Shown: positions 9,573 to 19,908 of the stretch, piece after piece | How the letters are laid out: each line of letters opens with the position of its first letter | Position numbering within the stretch: position 1 is the stretch's first letter | From: a virus | Taxonomy: Duplodnaviria > Caudoviricetes | Length of the DNA: 42,148 nucleotides | Virus record (IMG/VR): IMGVR_UViG_3300011337_000502 | Coordinates: 1 to 42,148 of that record | Direction: 5' to 3' (one strand) | The notes under the pieces: model-generated | What the model was told of the DNA's origin: nothing | Databases searched by the model: none | What the model saw: only the letters and a program-made list of their open reading frames with translations | Made by a program: the position numbers and the translations under genes

Positions 9573-9812
9573 ATGATAAGTTTAACAAAGATATTAGAAG
9601 AAGCAAAAAAACCTGGTCCAGTAGAGTATCCTAAAGATCATAAACCAGGCATGAAAGTCACTAAAGGTGGCTCAATGTGCGCTAACTGTGAGTATTGGAT
9701 AAAAGAGGGAAACTTGTGTAACAATGAGTATTGGTTAAAGTGGAGGAATGGTAATGCTAAAGTACCCAATGCGGCTGACGAATACTGTTGTAATTGGTGG
9801 CACGCTCAATAA
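9573..9812 (+). CDS. Small Cys/Trp-rich protein, HiPIP-like Fe-S candidate
   Basis: CANCEYW...C...YCCNWW spacing resembles HiPIP CxNC...C...WCxxW. Leader is MISLTKILEE. Confidence 0.55.
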   Translation: MISLTKILEEAKKPGPVEYPKDHKPGMKVTKGGSMCANCEYWIKEGNLCNNEYWLKWRNGNAKVPNAADEYCCNWWHAQ

Positions 9813-9819
9813 AATAATT

Positions 9820-10086
9820 ATGAAACTAATAGACATACTAAAAGAAATCGTATCTAAAGTTAAATGCGAAAACTGTGGATGGCAATGGAATTTAAAAGAC
9901 GGAGGAAAAGATCCTTACGTTTGCCATAAGTGTAAGCATAAGAACAAAAAGCTAGAAGAAAAAAGTAAAGGCTTGTGGCACAATATCAGGGCTAAAAGAG
10001 CTAGAGGTGAAAAGCCTGCTAGAAAAGGATCAAAAGAATTTAAACAAGCAGTTAAAGCAGCAAAAGATATAAATAAAAATAACTAA
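9820..10086 (+). CDS. Small modular protein: Zn ribbon + basic module
   Basis: MKLIDILKE leader (ATG 9820), CENCGW...CHKC, then LEE and GLWHNIRAKRARGEKPA. Confidence 0.7.
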   Translation: MKLIDILKEIVSKVKCENCGWQWNLKDGGKDPYVCHKCKHKNKKLEEKSKGLWHNIRAKRARGEKPARKGSKEFKQAVKAAKDINKNN

Positions 10087-10087
10087 A

Positions 10088-10843
10088 ATGCAAAATAGTA
10101 TTTCCCATTGGCAACGTATGTTGTTGCAAGAGACAGAAGAAAAAGAACTTTCTCCTAAACAACAAAAGATCGCTAAATTAGATCCACCAGCTGATAAGAT
10201 AGATGCTGGAGACTTTAAAAAGTTGAGAGGTGGAGCTAAAATAGAAGAAAAAGTTGATATGGATGAATTAGAGTTCGAATTAAAAAGACTCAAGAAAGAA
10301 AATCCAGGGAAAAAAATAACTTATACATTTAAAAAAGATTCTCCTAAAGGATATGTATTTTTTATAGATAATAAATTAGTTAAAGAAGGTGAAGACCATG
10401 AAGTTTCTATGGCTAACAATAGCATAGAGTCTATTATAAAAAATGCTATGGATCTTAAAGCTAAATTGGGTAACGACGAAAAAGATATCCCAGCTTGGAT
10501 TCAAGATCATATAACCAATGCTGCTAATTTCATAAGTCAAGCCGCTGAGAATTATCACGAATATGGAGATCACGAAGCAGAAGAAACAGAAGACTTGTCT
10601 ACCTCAATAATGGAAAATGAGTTTATCAGTCTTGAAGATTTTTCTAAAAACTTAGAAAGGTATAAAAAGGGTGATATTATCAAATCTCAACTTATTAATT
10701 CGTATAATAAATTAGACTCAAAAGATCAAGAGAAAGCTAAAGAGTTAGCTAAAGGTCAAGATGTATTGCCTAATCCAAAAAAGATTAGCGAAATGTCTTT
10801 ACAAAAAATAATGGAAAAAATAAATAAAAATGGACGTAAATAA
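10088..10843 (+). CDS. Modular hypothetical protein (probable head-internal protein)
   Basis: Short modules (LSPKQQKIAKLDPPADKIDAGDFKKLR; EDHEVSMA...IPAWIQDHI) separated by LQE, IEE, VKE, IME and ISE. Confidence 0.7.
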   Translation: MQNSISHWQRMLLQETEEKELSPKQQKIAKLDPPADKIDAGDFKKLRGGAKIEEKVDMDELEFELKRLKKENPGKKITYTFKKDSPKGYVFFIDNKLVKEGEDHEVSMANNSIESIIKNAMDLKAKLGNDEKDIPAWIQDHITNAANFISQAAENYHEYGDHEAEETEDLSTSIMENEFISLEDFSKNLERYKKGDIIKSQLINSYNKLDSKDQEKAKELAKGQDVLPNPKKISEMSLQKIMEKINKNGRK

Positions 10844-11429
10844 ATTAAAAGGACATATTCCTGACACAGTCATTGCACAACTTCCTGATACTATCGCTAA
10901 GTTTGAATTAAATACACCACTTAGATTAGCTCATTTTTTGGCTCAAGCTGGTCATGAATCTGGAGGATTTAAACTAGTAACTGAAAACTTAAATTATGGA
11001 GCTAAAGGATTATTAGGTATATTCAAAAAGTATTTTCCAACTCCAGAAAAAGCTGCTTTGTATGAAAGAAAACCAGAAAAGATCGCTAATTTGGTATATG
11101 GAGGTCGTATGGGTAACGGTCCTGAAACTTCTGGCGAAGGTTATAAGTTTCGCGGTCGTGGTTATATTCAGCTTACTGGTAAAGATAACTATAAAGCCTT
11201 TGACTTGGTTGTTGAAGAAAATATCACAGAGAATCCGGATTTAGTAGCCACAAAATATCCTTTACTTTCCGCAGCTTGGTTTTTTCATAAGAACGGTCTT
11301 CATAAAATCGCAGATAAAGGAGCAACAGATGTAGTAGTAACAGAAGTTACAAAAAGAGTGAATGGTGGAACTATAGGATTGCCAGATAGACTAAAGCATT
11401 TCAAAGAATACTACGCTTTGCTAGCCTAG
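10830..11429 (+). CDS. Endolysin, glycoside hydrolase family 19 (chitinase/lysozyme-like)
   Basis: AHFLAQAGHESGGF, YGGRMGNG, FRGRGYIQLTGKDNY, TKRVNGG. Confidence 0.9.
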   Translation: MDVNKLKGHIPDTVIAQLPDTIAKFELNTPLRLAHFLAQAGHESGGFKLVTENLNYGAKGLLGIFKKYFPTPEKAALYERKPEKIANLVYGGRMGNGPETSGEGYKFRGRGYIQLTGKDNYKAFDLVVEENITENPDLVATKYPLLSAAWFFHKNGLHKIADKGATDVVVTEVTKRVNGGTIGLPDRLKHFKEYYALLA

Positions 11430-11486
11430 ACTATAGAGATATATTTTTTTATTTTAGTAATAAACGTGTAGATTCACATAAAAAAG

Positions 11487-13514
11487 ATGAGAGACTTAGA
11501 AATTCTAAAAAGACTATTAGCAGAAGCAGATGAAGAAACAGAAACTGTTGATTCAGAAACTACGCAAGTTAAGGAAAAACCTAAGAATACTGCTTTTGAA
11601 AAGGATCCTATGGGATTCATACTAAAAAAGTATCATACTTTGAATGAGATCATGACAGAGCTCATGACAAAAGATTTCAGAGAATTTGTTGACGCTATAT
11701 TCTATATAGCTCCAAAGCCAACTACTTTCAAGATTCAGCTACACAATGGTCAAAGCTTTTTTATGATGTATATGAAAGAAAACATCTATGAAGCTATTAT
11801 TAGTGGAAAAAAATATTATCTATCTGGAATCGGTGAGAAAGAAAGGTGTATGATGGCAATCGCAAGACTTTTAAGATTTGGAACTCCATTAAAAACTAAA
11901 GGAGCAGAAGGAGCAGAAGAAGGAACAAGAGATAATACTGGAATGGAAGGAGATTGGGCTGCAAATGGAGGAGCTGGTGGAGAAGCAACTGGTGGAGGCG
12001 AAGAAGCTGGAGGAGGAGGAGAACTTCCATCTACAGAAGAAACTGGAGAAGAATTAACAGAGTCTATTAAAATTCTTACTAAGTTATTAACGGAAGCTAA
12101 AAAAGAAGAAGAACAGGATAGTGTACAAAGTCAAATATTAGATTTGATGAATAAAGATAAAAATGTTTCTAGCTATGGACCTGTAAAAGTTGAAAAGGCT
12201 TCTGGAAACAATTATAAAGTTTATTTTCAAAATGTAAATGCTAAAGATACTACGGCTAGAACAGAAGTTTTAAAATCTATTATGTCAGCTAAAGGAGTAA
12301 AATCTGGAAAAATAGTAACCAAACCAGTTTCATGGTCTTCAATAGGATATGCGCAATTAGATACTAAATTTGGACAAATCAATGTTAGCGTAAAAGGATC
12401 ATCTGAAAATGCTACTAGTACTAATGTTAAAGAAGGATTAGTTATGTCATTTTATTACTCTACAGCAAACGATTATATAACTGATAAAAATTTTACTAAA
12501 ACTGTAAAAGCTGCGATAACTGCTACTAAAAAAGCTAAAGCTATAGATCAAAATTTAACTGAAGAATTAGTAACATATTTAAGTCAATTAACTAATAGCA
12601 AAGAAAATATTAAAATACTAAATCAACCATTATCACAAGCAGTAGCCATAAAATCTAAATATCCTAATTATGAATTAGATAGATCTACAATTTTTAATGC
12701 CTATAGATCTTTTGCACAAAAACAATTAGGATTTCCTGCTGATAAATGGTGTCCAGCAGATATATATGTTATTATCAATTCAGACCGTGCTGTTAAAAAA
12801 CTAGAACAAGCAACTAAACAAAATAATCCAGCTTCAGCAATAGAAATACTAAATAATTCTTTTAATGAAACATGGGGATCTAAAAAAGCTCCTATATCTG
12901 GTATATCTTTAAAATTTGAAAAAGCTCAAGGAGGAAAAGCTAAAGCGTATTTTGAAAAATATAAAAAAGATAAAACTGAATATAATTTAACTAGTAAAGA
13001 AGCAAATTATAATGAATCACAATATATTGAAGCGATAACTAATTTAAGAACATCTATAAAAGAAAAGATACAAAAAGTAAAAGACATAACATATAAATTA
13101 GAAGAAAAATCAATAAAAAAAGATGTAAATTTTTTAAGAGCCAAATTTGCAGCTTTAAAAGCTATTAATTTTTTCTTTTCTCAACTTCCTGAAAACGAAT
13201 ATGATGATGGATTAGTAGCATTAGCAGCTTTTGGAATGTCATTAAGTGATACTTCTCCAGCATTTTTTAAAGTTACCGCTAGTACTAAAGGCCAAGGAGA
13301 TATAGAAACTTTTGAAAGAGGGTCTTCTCTATCTTTACTAGATCAAGAAGATGAAATAAGTCCTATTAATATAGTAGATAGTTCAACTTTTGGTGGATTA
13401 GAAATAGATATGAAAGTATCTAAAGGTGGAGAAGCATACTCTGTAAAAATAGTAGCGAGAAGCAATGGAGGAATTCAAGGAACTATTGAATTACAAAAAG
13501 TTAGTCCTATATAA
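11487..13514 (+). CDS. Two-part protein: conserved N-domain + Gly/Glu linker + PD-(D/E)xK nuclease-like C-domain
   Basis: Leader ends LLAE; Gly-rich linker ends LTESIKILTKLLTE; C-domain has DKWCPADIYV...ISGISLK. Confidence 0.6.
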   Translation: MRDLEILKRLLAEADEETETVDSETTQVKEKPKNTAFEKDPMGFILKKYHTLNEIMTELMTKDFREFVDAIFYIAPKPTTFKIQLHNGQSFFMMYMKENIYEAIISGKKYYLSGIGEKERCMMAIARLLRFGTPLKTKGAEGAEEGTRDNTGMEGDWAANGGAGGEATGGGEEAGGGGELPSTEETGEELTESIKILTKLLTEAKKEEEQDSVQSQILDLMNKDKNVSSYGPVKVEKASGNNYKVYFQNVNAKDTTARTEVLKSIMSAKGVKSGKIVTKPVSWSSIGYAQLDTKFGQINVSVKGSSENATSTNVKEGLVMSFYYSTANDYITDKNFTKTVKAAITATKKAKAIDQNLTEELVTYLSQLTNSKENIKILNQPLSQAVAIKSKYPNYELDRSTIFNAYRSFAQKQLGFPADKWCPADIYVIINSDRAVKKLEQATKQNNPASAIEILNNSFNETWGSKKAPISGISLKFEKAQGGKAKAYFEKYKKDKTEYNLTSKEANYNESQYIEAITNLRTSIKEKIQKVKDITYKLEEKSIKKDVNFLRAKFAALKAINFFFSQLPENEYDDGLVALAAFGMSLSDTSPAFFKVTASTKGQGDIETFERGSSLSLLDQEDEISPINIVDSSTFGGLEIDMKVSKGGEAYSVKIVARSNGGIQGTIELQKVSPI

Positions 13515-13525
13515 GAACAAAATAT

Positions 13526-13894
13526 ATGACATATATTCCTACCATAGAAAAAAAGATATCTATATTCAAAATTATGCAGTATATTGCAGTAGGAATAATT
13601 ATATTGTATTTATCAATTCAACTATTCACTACAAAAAGAGAAATCTCTAGCAATTTTAAAGCTCAATTAGATAGCTTGCAAAAAGTAACGGTAGCTCTTC
13701 AAAAACAACAAAAATCTTATGATAGTATTATCTCTTCAGAAGAACAAAAGATCAAAGAGTTAGACTATCAAATAGATAACATAAAAGAAAAAACTACAAT
13801 AATAAAAGAATATTATCATGAACAAAGTAAAGCTGCTGATAGCTATACTACTACTCAGCTCGACAGTTTTTTCGCAAAGCGGTACGGATACTAG
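13526..13894 (+). CDS. Spanin-like (inner-membrane) coiled-coil protein
   Basis: N-terminal TM helix IAVGIIILYLSIQLF followed by a coiled coil. Overlaps the next gene and lies near the endolysin. Confidence 0.55.
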   Translation: MTYIPTIEKKISIFKIMQYIAVGIIILYLSIQLFTTKREISSNFKAQLDSLQKVTVALQKQQKSYDSIISSEEQKIKELDYQIDNIKEKTTIIKEYYHEQSKAADSYTTTQLDSFFAKRYGY

Positions 13895-14228
13895 TACACT
13901 ACAACTAAGCTACACAATAGCAAAAATGATTGCAAAAGATCCAATTAAAGGACATTCAGCTATTGCGCTACTAAAAATAAAAGAAGAAGAATTAAATCTT
14001 ACCGAAAAAAAAGTATCAGCTAAAGATAGTGTTATAAGCATGTATAAGCTTAAAGAACTTAATTATCTTAGTCAAGTTAATAATGAAATGGCTAAAGTAA
14101 CTGGATGGCAAACACAGTATTCAGAGCTTTATAAACAACATAGAAAATTAAAAGTAAAATACAGGTTCACGCAAATATTGACTTACGCAATTGTTGGTGG
14201 ACTTGGATACTTGTACATCACTAAGTAA
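13818..14228 (+). CDS. Spanin-like partner: signal peptide + coiled coil + C-terminal TM
   Basis: MNKVKLLIAILLLSSTVFS|Q signal peptide and C-terminal ILTYAIVGGLGYLYI. Starts inside the upstream gene, as Rz/Rz1-type pairs do. Confidence 0.5.
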   Translation: MNKVKLLIAILLLSSTVFSQSGTDTSTLQLSYTIAKMIAKDPIKGHSAIALLKIKEEELNLTEKKVSAKDSVISMYKLKELNYLSQVNNEMAKVTGWQTQYSELYKQHRKLKVKYRFTQILTYAIVGGLGYLYITK

Positions 14229-15826
14229 TGTCTGATCAACAAATTTCCATAAAAGATAAAGTAAAAGAAGAGTTCGTAAAGTGCGCTACGGATCCTGTTT
14301 ATTTCATGAAGAAATATTACATGATCCAACATCCGCAAAGAGGACGGATGCTCTTTAATCTATATCCTTTTCAAGAGAAAGTGCTTAGATTATTTCAAGC
14401 AAATAAGTTCTCTGTTATAAATAAGTCAAGACAGTTAGGTATATCTACTCTTGTGTCAGCATATTCTTTATGGTTAATGCTATTTCAAAGAGATAAGAAC
14501 GTTCTTGTAATTGCGACTACACAGTCTACTGCAAAGAATATGGTAACTAAAGTTAGATTTGCTTATCAGAATCTACCCTCGTGGCTTAAAATACCAGCTT
14601 CTGAAGACAACAGATTAAGTCTTAGACTAAATAACGGATCGCAGATTAAAGCTGTTTCTGCAGCTGGAGACGCAGCCCGTTCTGAAGCAGTAACCCTACT
14701 AGTAATTGATGAAGCTGCGTTTATCGATAGGATTGAGGAAATCTTTACGTCAGCTCAACAAACATTGGCCACTGGTGGTGGAGCTATAGCATTATCTACT
14801 CCTAATGGTGTAGGTAATTGGTTTCATCAAACTTACACTAAGGCTCAAAAGAAAGAGAATAGCTTTTTACCTATATCATTACCTTGGACAGTACACCCTG
14901 AAAGAAATCAAACTTGGAGAGATCAACAAGATAAAGATCTTGGAGTAAGAAGTGCAGCTCAAGAGTGTGATTGCGACTTTGTAACATCAGGTAATACTGT
15001 AATTCCTCCTGATGTCTTAAATTGGTACGAAGAAAATACTCTACAAGAACCAATAGAAAGACGAGGTCTAGATAAAGGATATTGGATTTGGGAATATCCT
15101 GATCCTAGAAAATTCTATACCATTGTAGCTGACGTAGCAAGAGGAGATGGAGCTGACTTTTCAGCTTTCCAAGTCTTTGAAATGGAAACTATAACACAAG
15201 TAGCGGAGTATAAATCTCAACCAGGAACAAGAGAGTACGCACAGATTTTGCTATCAGCCGCAATGGAATATAACAATGCATTACTTGTAGTAGAAAATGC
15301 AAGTATTGGTTGGGATGTAGTTCAATCAGTAGTAGAAAGCGGATATAGCAATGTTCATTATAGCTATCGAACAGAAATAGGAATGGACTTTCAAAAGTAT
15401 CTTGATAAGTATCAAACCACTAATTCTGCGTTAGTACCTGGATTCTCTACAACAAGCAGAACAAAGCCTTTGGTAATAGGTAAAATGCGTGATTTAGTAG
15501 AAAACAAATTTGTAACTATAAAATCACTAAGACTAATAGAAGAGCTTAGGGTCTTTATTTGGAAGAACGACTCAGGCGCTGCAATGAATGGATACAATGA
15601 TGACTTAGTAATGTCTTTTGCGATAGGAATGTACCTTAGAGATACGTCTTTAAGATATAAGACAGAAGCAGACAGCTTACTAAGAAACAGTTTAAACAAT
15701 TTTACAAAGACAGATTCAGGATTCGATTTATATAACGCTAACAGTGCATTCAATAGTAATCCATGGCAGATGAATATTCCTGGACCAAATGGACCAGAGT
15801 CTCAAGATTTGCGATGGTTATTGTAA
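14228..15826 (+). CDS. Terminase large subunit (T4 gp17-like)
   Basis: LYPFQ, Walker A KSRQLGIST, Walker B LLVIDEAAF, STPNG, nuclease motifs ADVARG and DDLVMS. Confidence 0.95.
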   Translation: MSDQQISIKDKVKEEFVKCATDPVYFMKKYYMIQHPQRGRMLFNLYPFQEKVLRLFQANKFSVINKSRQLGISTLVSAYSLWLMLFQRDKNVLVIATTQSTAKNMVTKVRFAYQNLPSWLKIPASEDNRLSLRLNNGSQIKAVSAAGDAARSEAVTLLVIDEAAFIDRIEEIFTSAQQTLATGGGAIALSTPNGVGNWFHQTYTKAQKKENSFLPISLPWTVHPERNQTWRDQQDKDLGVRSAAQECDCDFVTSGNTVIPPDVLNWYEENTLQEPIERRGLDKGYWIWEYPDPRKFYTIVADVARGDGADFSAFQVFEMETITQVAEYKSQPGTREYAQILLSAAMEYNNALLVVENASIGWDVVQSVVESGYSNVHYSYRTEIGMDFQKYLDKYQTTNSALVPGFSTTSRTKPLVIGKMRDLVENKFVTIKSLRLIEELRVFIWKNDSGAAMNGYNDDLVMSFAIGMYLRDTSLRYKTEADSLLRNSLNNFTKTDSGFDLYNANSAFNSNPWQMNIPGPNGPESQDLRWLL

Positions 15827-15848
15827 ACTCACATAATTATTAATACAA

Positions 15849-17762
15849 ATGGCAGAACAACAAAGACCACCAGAGAATTTATTTACAGCGCTAAGGCGAC
15901 TGTTTTCCACGGACGTAATTATACGTAATGAGGGAGGTGGTATGCTAAAAGTCATTGACTCCGATAAAATACAAACTTCGGGCGTCATTCAAACTAACTC
16001 TCTTATCGATAGGTTCAACAAAGTATACACTACTTCTACAGCCTATGGTGTTAACTTAAACTTAGCACAGAACTATCGCTCTGCAAGGGTGCAAATTTAC
16101 GCTGATTATGATTCTATGGACACTGATGCAATCGTAGCATCAGCACTTGATATTATTGCTGATGAAGCGACTTTAAAGAACGAGCAAGGAGAAGTATTAC
16201 AGATTAGATCTTCTGATGAAAACATTCAAAAGCTTCTTTATAACCTATACTATTCAATCCTTAATGTAGAATTTAATTTATGGTCTTGGATTAGAAATAT
16301 GTGTAAGTATGGCGATTTCTTTGTTAAGATGGAAATTGCAGAAGGTTACGGAGTTTATAACGTAATTCCATTCTCATCTTATAATATCATTAGAGAAGAA
16401 GGTTATAATCCTAAAAACCCAAGTGAAGTAAGGTTCAAATATGATCCAAATGCGGCATTAACAAATACTGCTGGATACTCAAATACATTTAATGAGAATG
16501 ACTCAGGTATATTCTTTGATAACTATGAAATGGCTCATTTTAGGCTTACTGGCGACGTTAACTATCTACCTTATGGTAGATCTTATCTAGAGCCTGCGCG
16601 TAAGCTATTTAAGCAGTATGTGCTTATAGAAGATGCTATGTTGATTCATAGGATTGTAAGGGCTCCAGAGCGTAGGATATTCTATGTAAACGTAGGTGCG
16701 ATACCTCCAACTGAAGTAGAAAACTACATGCAAAGAATGATCAATAAGATGAAAAAGACTCCTCTTATAGATCCAAATACCGGTCAGTACAATTTAAAGT
16801 ATAACCAACAAAACTTACTCGAAGACTTTTTTATTCCTGTTCGAGGCAATGACCAGACTACAAGAATCGATACTGCAAAAGGTCTTGAGTATAACGGAAT
16901 CGAAGACGTAGCATACTTTAGAGAGAAACTTTTCGCAGCTCTTAAGATACCTAAAGCTTTTATGGGATACGAGAAAGACTTGACTGGTAAAGCTACTTTA
17001 GCAGCTGAAGACATTCGTTTTGCTAGAACAGTTGAGAGGATCCAAAAGATTGCTATATCAGAGCTTACAAAGATTGGTCTTGTTCACCTATATGCTAATG
17101 GATACACGAACGAATCAGCTGCAAACTTTGCGATATCTCTTACTAATCCTTCAATTATCTATGATCAAGAAAGGGTAGCTCTATTCAAAGAGAAAGTTGA
17201 TCTTGCTAATCAAGCAATGGAATCTTCATTATTACCTAGGGACTTTATTTATGATAAAATATTCCATTTCTCTGAAGATCAATACACAGAATTAGAGGAT
17301 CAAATTATAGAAGACAAGAAAAGAGCATTTAGATTCAAACAAATAGAAGAAGAAGGAAATGATCCATCTGATTCAGGTCAAGCTTATGGAACTCCTCACC
17401 AATTGGCCAGTCTTTATGGAGGAAAAGCAGACATGAATTTGGAAGTTCCAACAGGATATGACGAATTAAATCCTTATGAGCCTAAAAAAATACCAGGTAG
17501 ACCTCAAAAGTATAAATCAATAATAGGAACTGATCAAGATGTTTTTGGAAGAGATCCTTTAGGCAAAAAAGGATTAAAGTCAAAAGAAGAAAAAGGAGAA
17601 GACTCAATGAATCTTTCTTTGGGAGTTACTAACGAAAGCACACTTGGAGTTTACTTGCAAAATAAAGGTGCTCTAGAAAAACTATTTGCTAAAAGAAAGG
17701 TAAAATTATACGAACAACCTGATGTTTTAAATGAAGATAACATCATTGATAATTTAGACTAG
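15849..17762 (+). CDS. Portal protein (T4 gp20-like)
   Basis: EDAMLIHRIVRAPERRIFYVNVG, EDFFIPVRG, YFREKLFAALKIPK; follows the terminase. Confidence 0.95.
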   Translation: MAEQQRPPENLFTALRRLFSTDVIIRNEGGGMLKVIDSDKIQTSGVIQTNSLIDRFNKVYTTSTAYGVNLNLAQNYRSARVQIYADYDSMDTDAIVASALDIIADEATLKNEQGEVLQIRSSDENIQKLLYNLYYSILNVEFNLWSWIRNMCKYGDFFVKMEIAEGYGVYNVIPFSSYNIIREEGYNPKNPSEVRFKYDPNAALTNTAGYSNTFNENDSGIFFDNYEMAHFRLTGDVNYLPYGRSYLEPARKLFKQYVLIEDAMLIHRIVRAPERRIFYVNVGAIPPTEVENYMQRMINKMKKTPLIDPNTGQYNLKYNQQNLLEDFFIPVRGNDQTTRIDTAKGLEYNGIEDVAYFREKLFAALKIPKAFMGYEKDLTGKATLAAEDIRFARTVERIQKIAISELTKIGLVHLYANGYTNESAANFAISLTNPSIIYDQERVALFKEKVDLANQAMESSLLPRDFIYDKIFHFSEDQYTELEDQIIEDKKRAFRFKQIEEEGNDPSDSGQAYGTPHQLASLYGGKADMNLEVPTGYDELNPYEPKKIPGRPQKYKSIIGTDQDVFGRDPLGKKGLKSKEEKGEDSMNLSLGVTNESTLGVYLQNKGALEKLFAKRKVKLYEQPDVLNEDNIIDNLD

Positions 17763-17769
17763 GCCTCAT

Positions 17770-17777
17770 ATATTTAT
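17770..17777 (+). promoter_or_regulatory. Putative late promoter ATATTTAT
   Basis: Intergenic, 23 nt before ATG 17801. Confidence 0.55.
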
Positions 17778-17800
17778 AAACAGGAATTTTTATATCCAAC

Positions 17801-18651
17801 ATGGCACTAAAACACTCTAAATTTAGAAATCCGGGCGTACTTTTCGAACTTCTCGTAAGACAAACGACTGCTGATCTATTGCAAAATAAAGACTCTAGAG
17901 CTGTAAAAATACTTAAAAAGTACTTTACTGAAACTGAATTAGCAAAAGAATATAGCCTATATAATTCTTTTATAACCACAGAGAAGCTTAATGAATCAAA
18001 GGCAGAACTTTTCATAAACACTATCGTAGAACAGTACAAAAAACTAGACTATGAAAAGTTAAAAAAAGAAAAGTATAATTTAATTAGAGAGATCAAAAAT
18101 AATTATGATCTTGACAATTTTTTTAAAGCAAAAATTGATAACTATAAGTCTTATGCGTCTATATATATCGTTTTAGAATCTCAAAATAATAAGTCTAACG
18201 TTAATCAAATTCTTAGCAGCAAAATAACAATGCTAGAACACATTTGTGGAGAAGAAGTAAAAGAAAAACCTGCCTCTACTCAGATTCTAGAAGAGTTTAT
18301 GAAGCAAGACAAAGAAATTAGACTTCTTGCTTATAAGATATTAGTAGAAAAGTTCAATAAAAAGTATGTTGGACTATCTCAACAACAAAAAGACGTATTA
18401 AAAGAGTATATAAACAACATATCTGATACAAAGAATTTAAAAATATATCTTAACAAAAGACTTACAGAAATAAAATCAACTTTAGTTGATCTTTCTAAGT
18501 CTGTAGAAGATCAAGTTACTTCTATAAAGCTTAAAGAAGTAGTTAAATTCATTAAACCGATACACGAGAACGAAACTATAAAAGACGAAACAGTATCAAC
18601 ACTACTTCAGTACTACGATTTGATCAATGAAATTAAAAGCGTAGAATCAAA

Positions 18652-18655
<4 letters not shown>
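17801..18655 (+). CDS. Conserved hypothetical head-morphogenesis protein
   Basis: 284-aa helical ORF between portal and protease (KHSKFRNPGVLFELLVRQ). Confidence 0.75.
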
Positions 18656-19755
<1,100 letters not shown>

Positions 19756-19767
19756 ACTTAAATAGTC

Positions 19768-19896
19768 ATGGCAAAGGCAAAAGGTTCAAGTACAGCAAGT
19801 AAAATAAGTTTTGGTAAAAGAAAGAAAGGAAAATCACAAAAAAGCTTCAATAAACACGATAGATCTGAAAAGAGTTATCGTGGTCAAGGAAGATAA
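19768..19896 (+). CDS. Unannotated 42-aa basic protein ending YRGQGR
   Basis: Translated by hand: MAKAKGSSTASKISFGKRKKGKSQKSFNKHDRSEKSYRGQGR*. It fills the intergenic gap almost exactly. Confidence 0.75.
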   Translation: MAKAKGSSTASKISFGKRKKGKSQKSFNKHDRSEKSYRGQGR

Positions 19897-19904
19897 ATAT
19901 TTAT
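19897..19904 (+). promoter_or_regulatory. Putative late promoter ATATTTAT
   Basis: Directly after the 42-aa ORF stop and 4 nt before ATG 19909. Confidence 0.5.
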
Positions 19905-19908
19905 TGAT

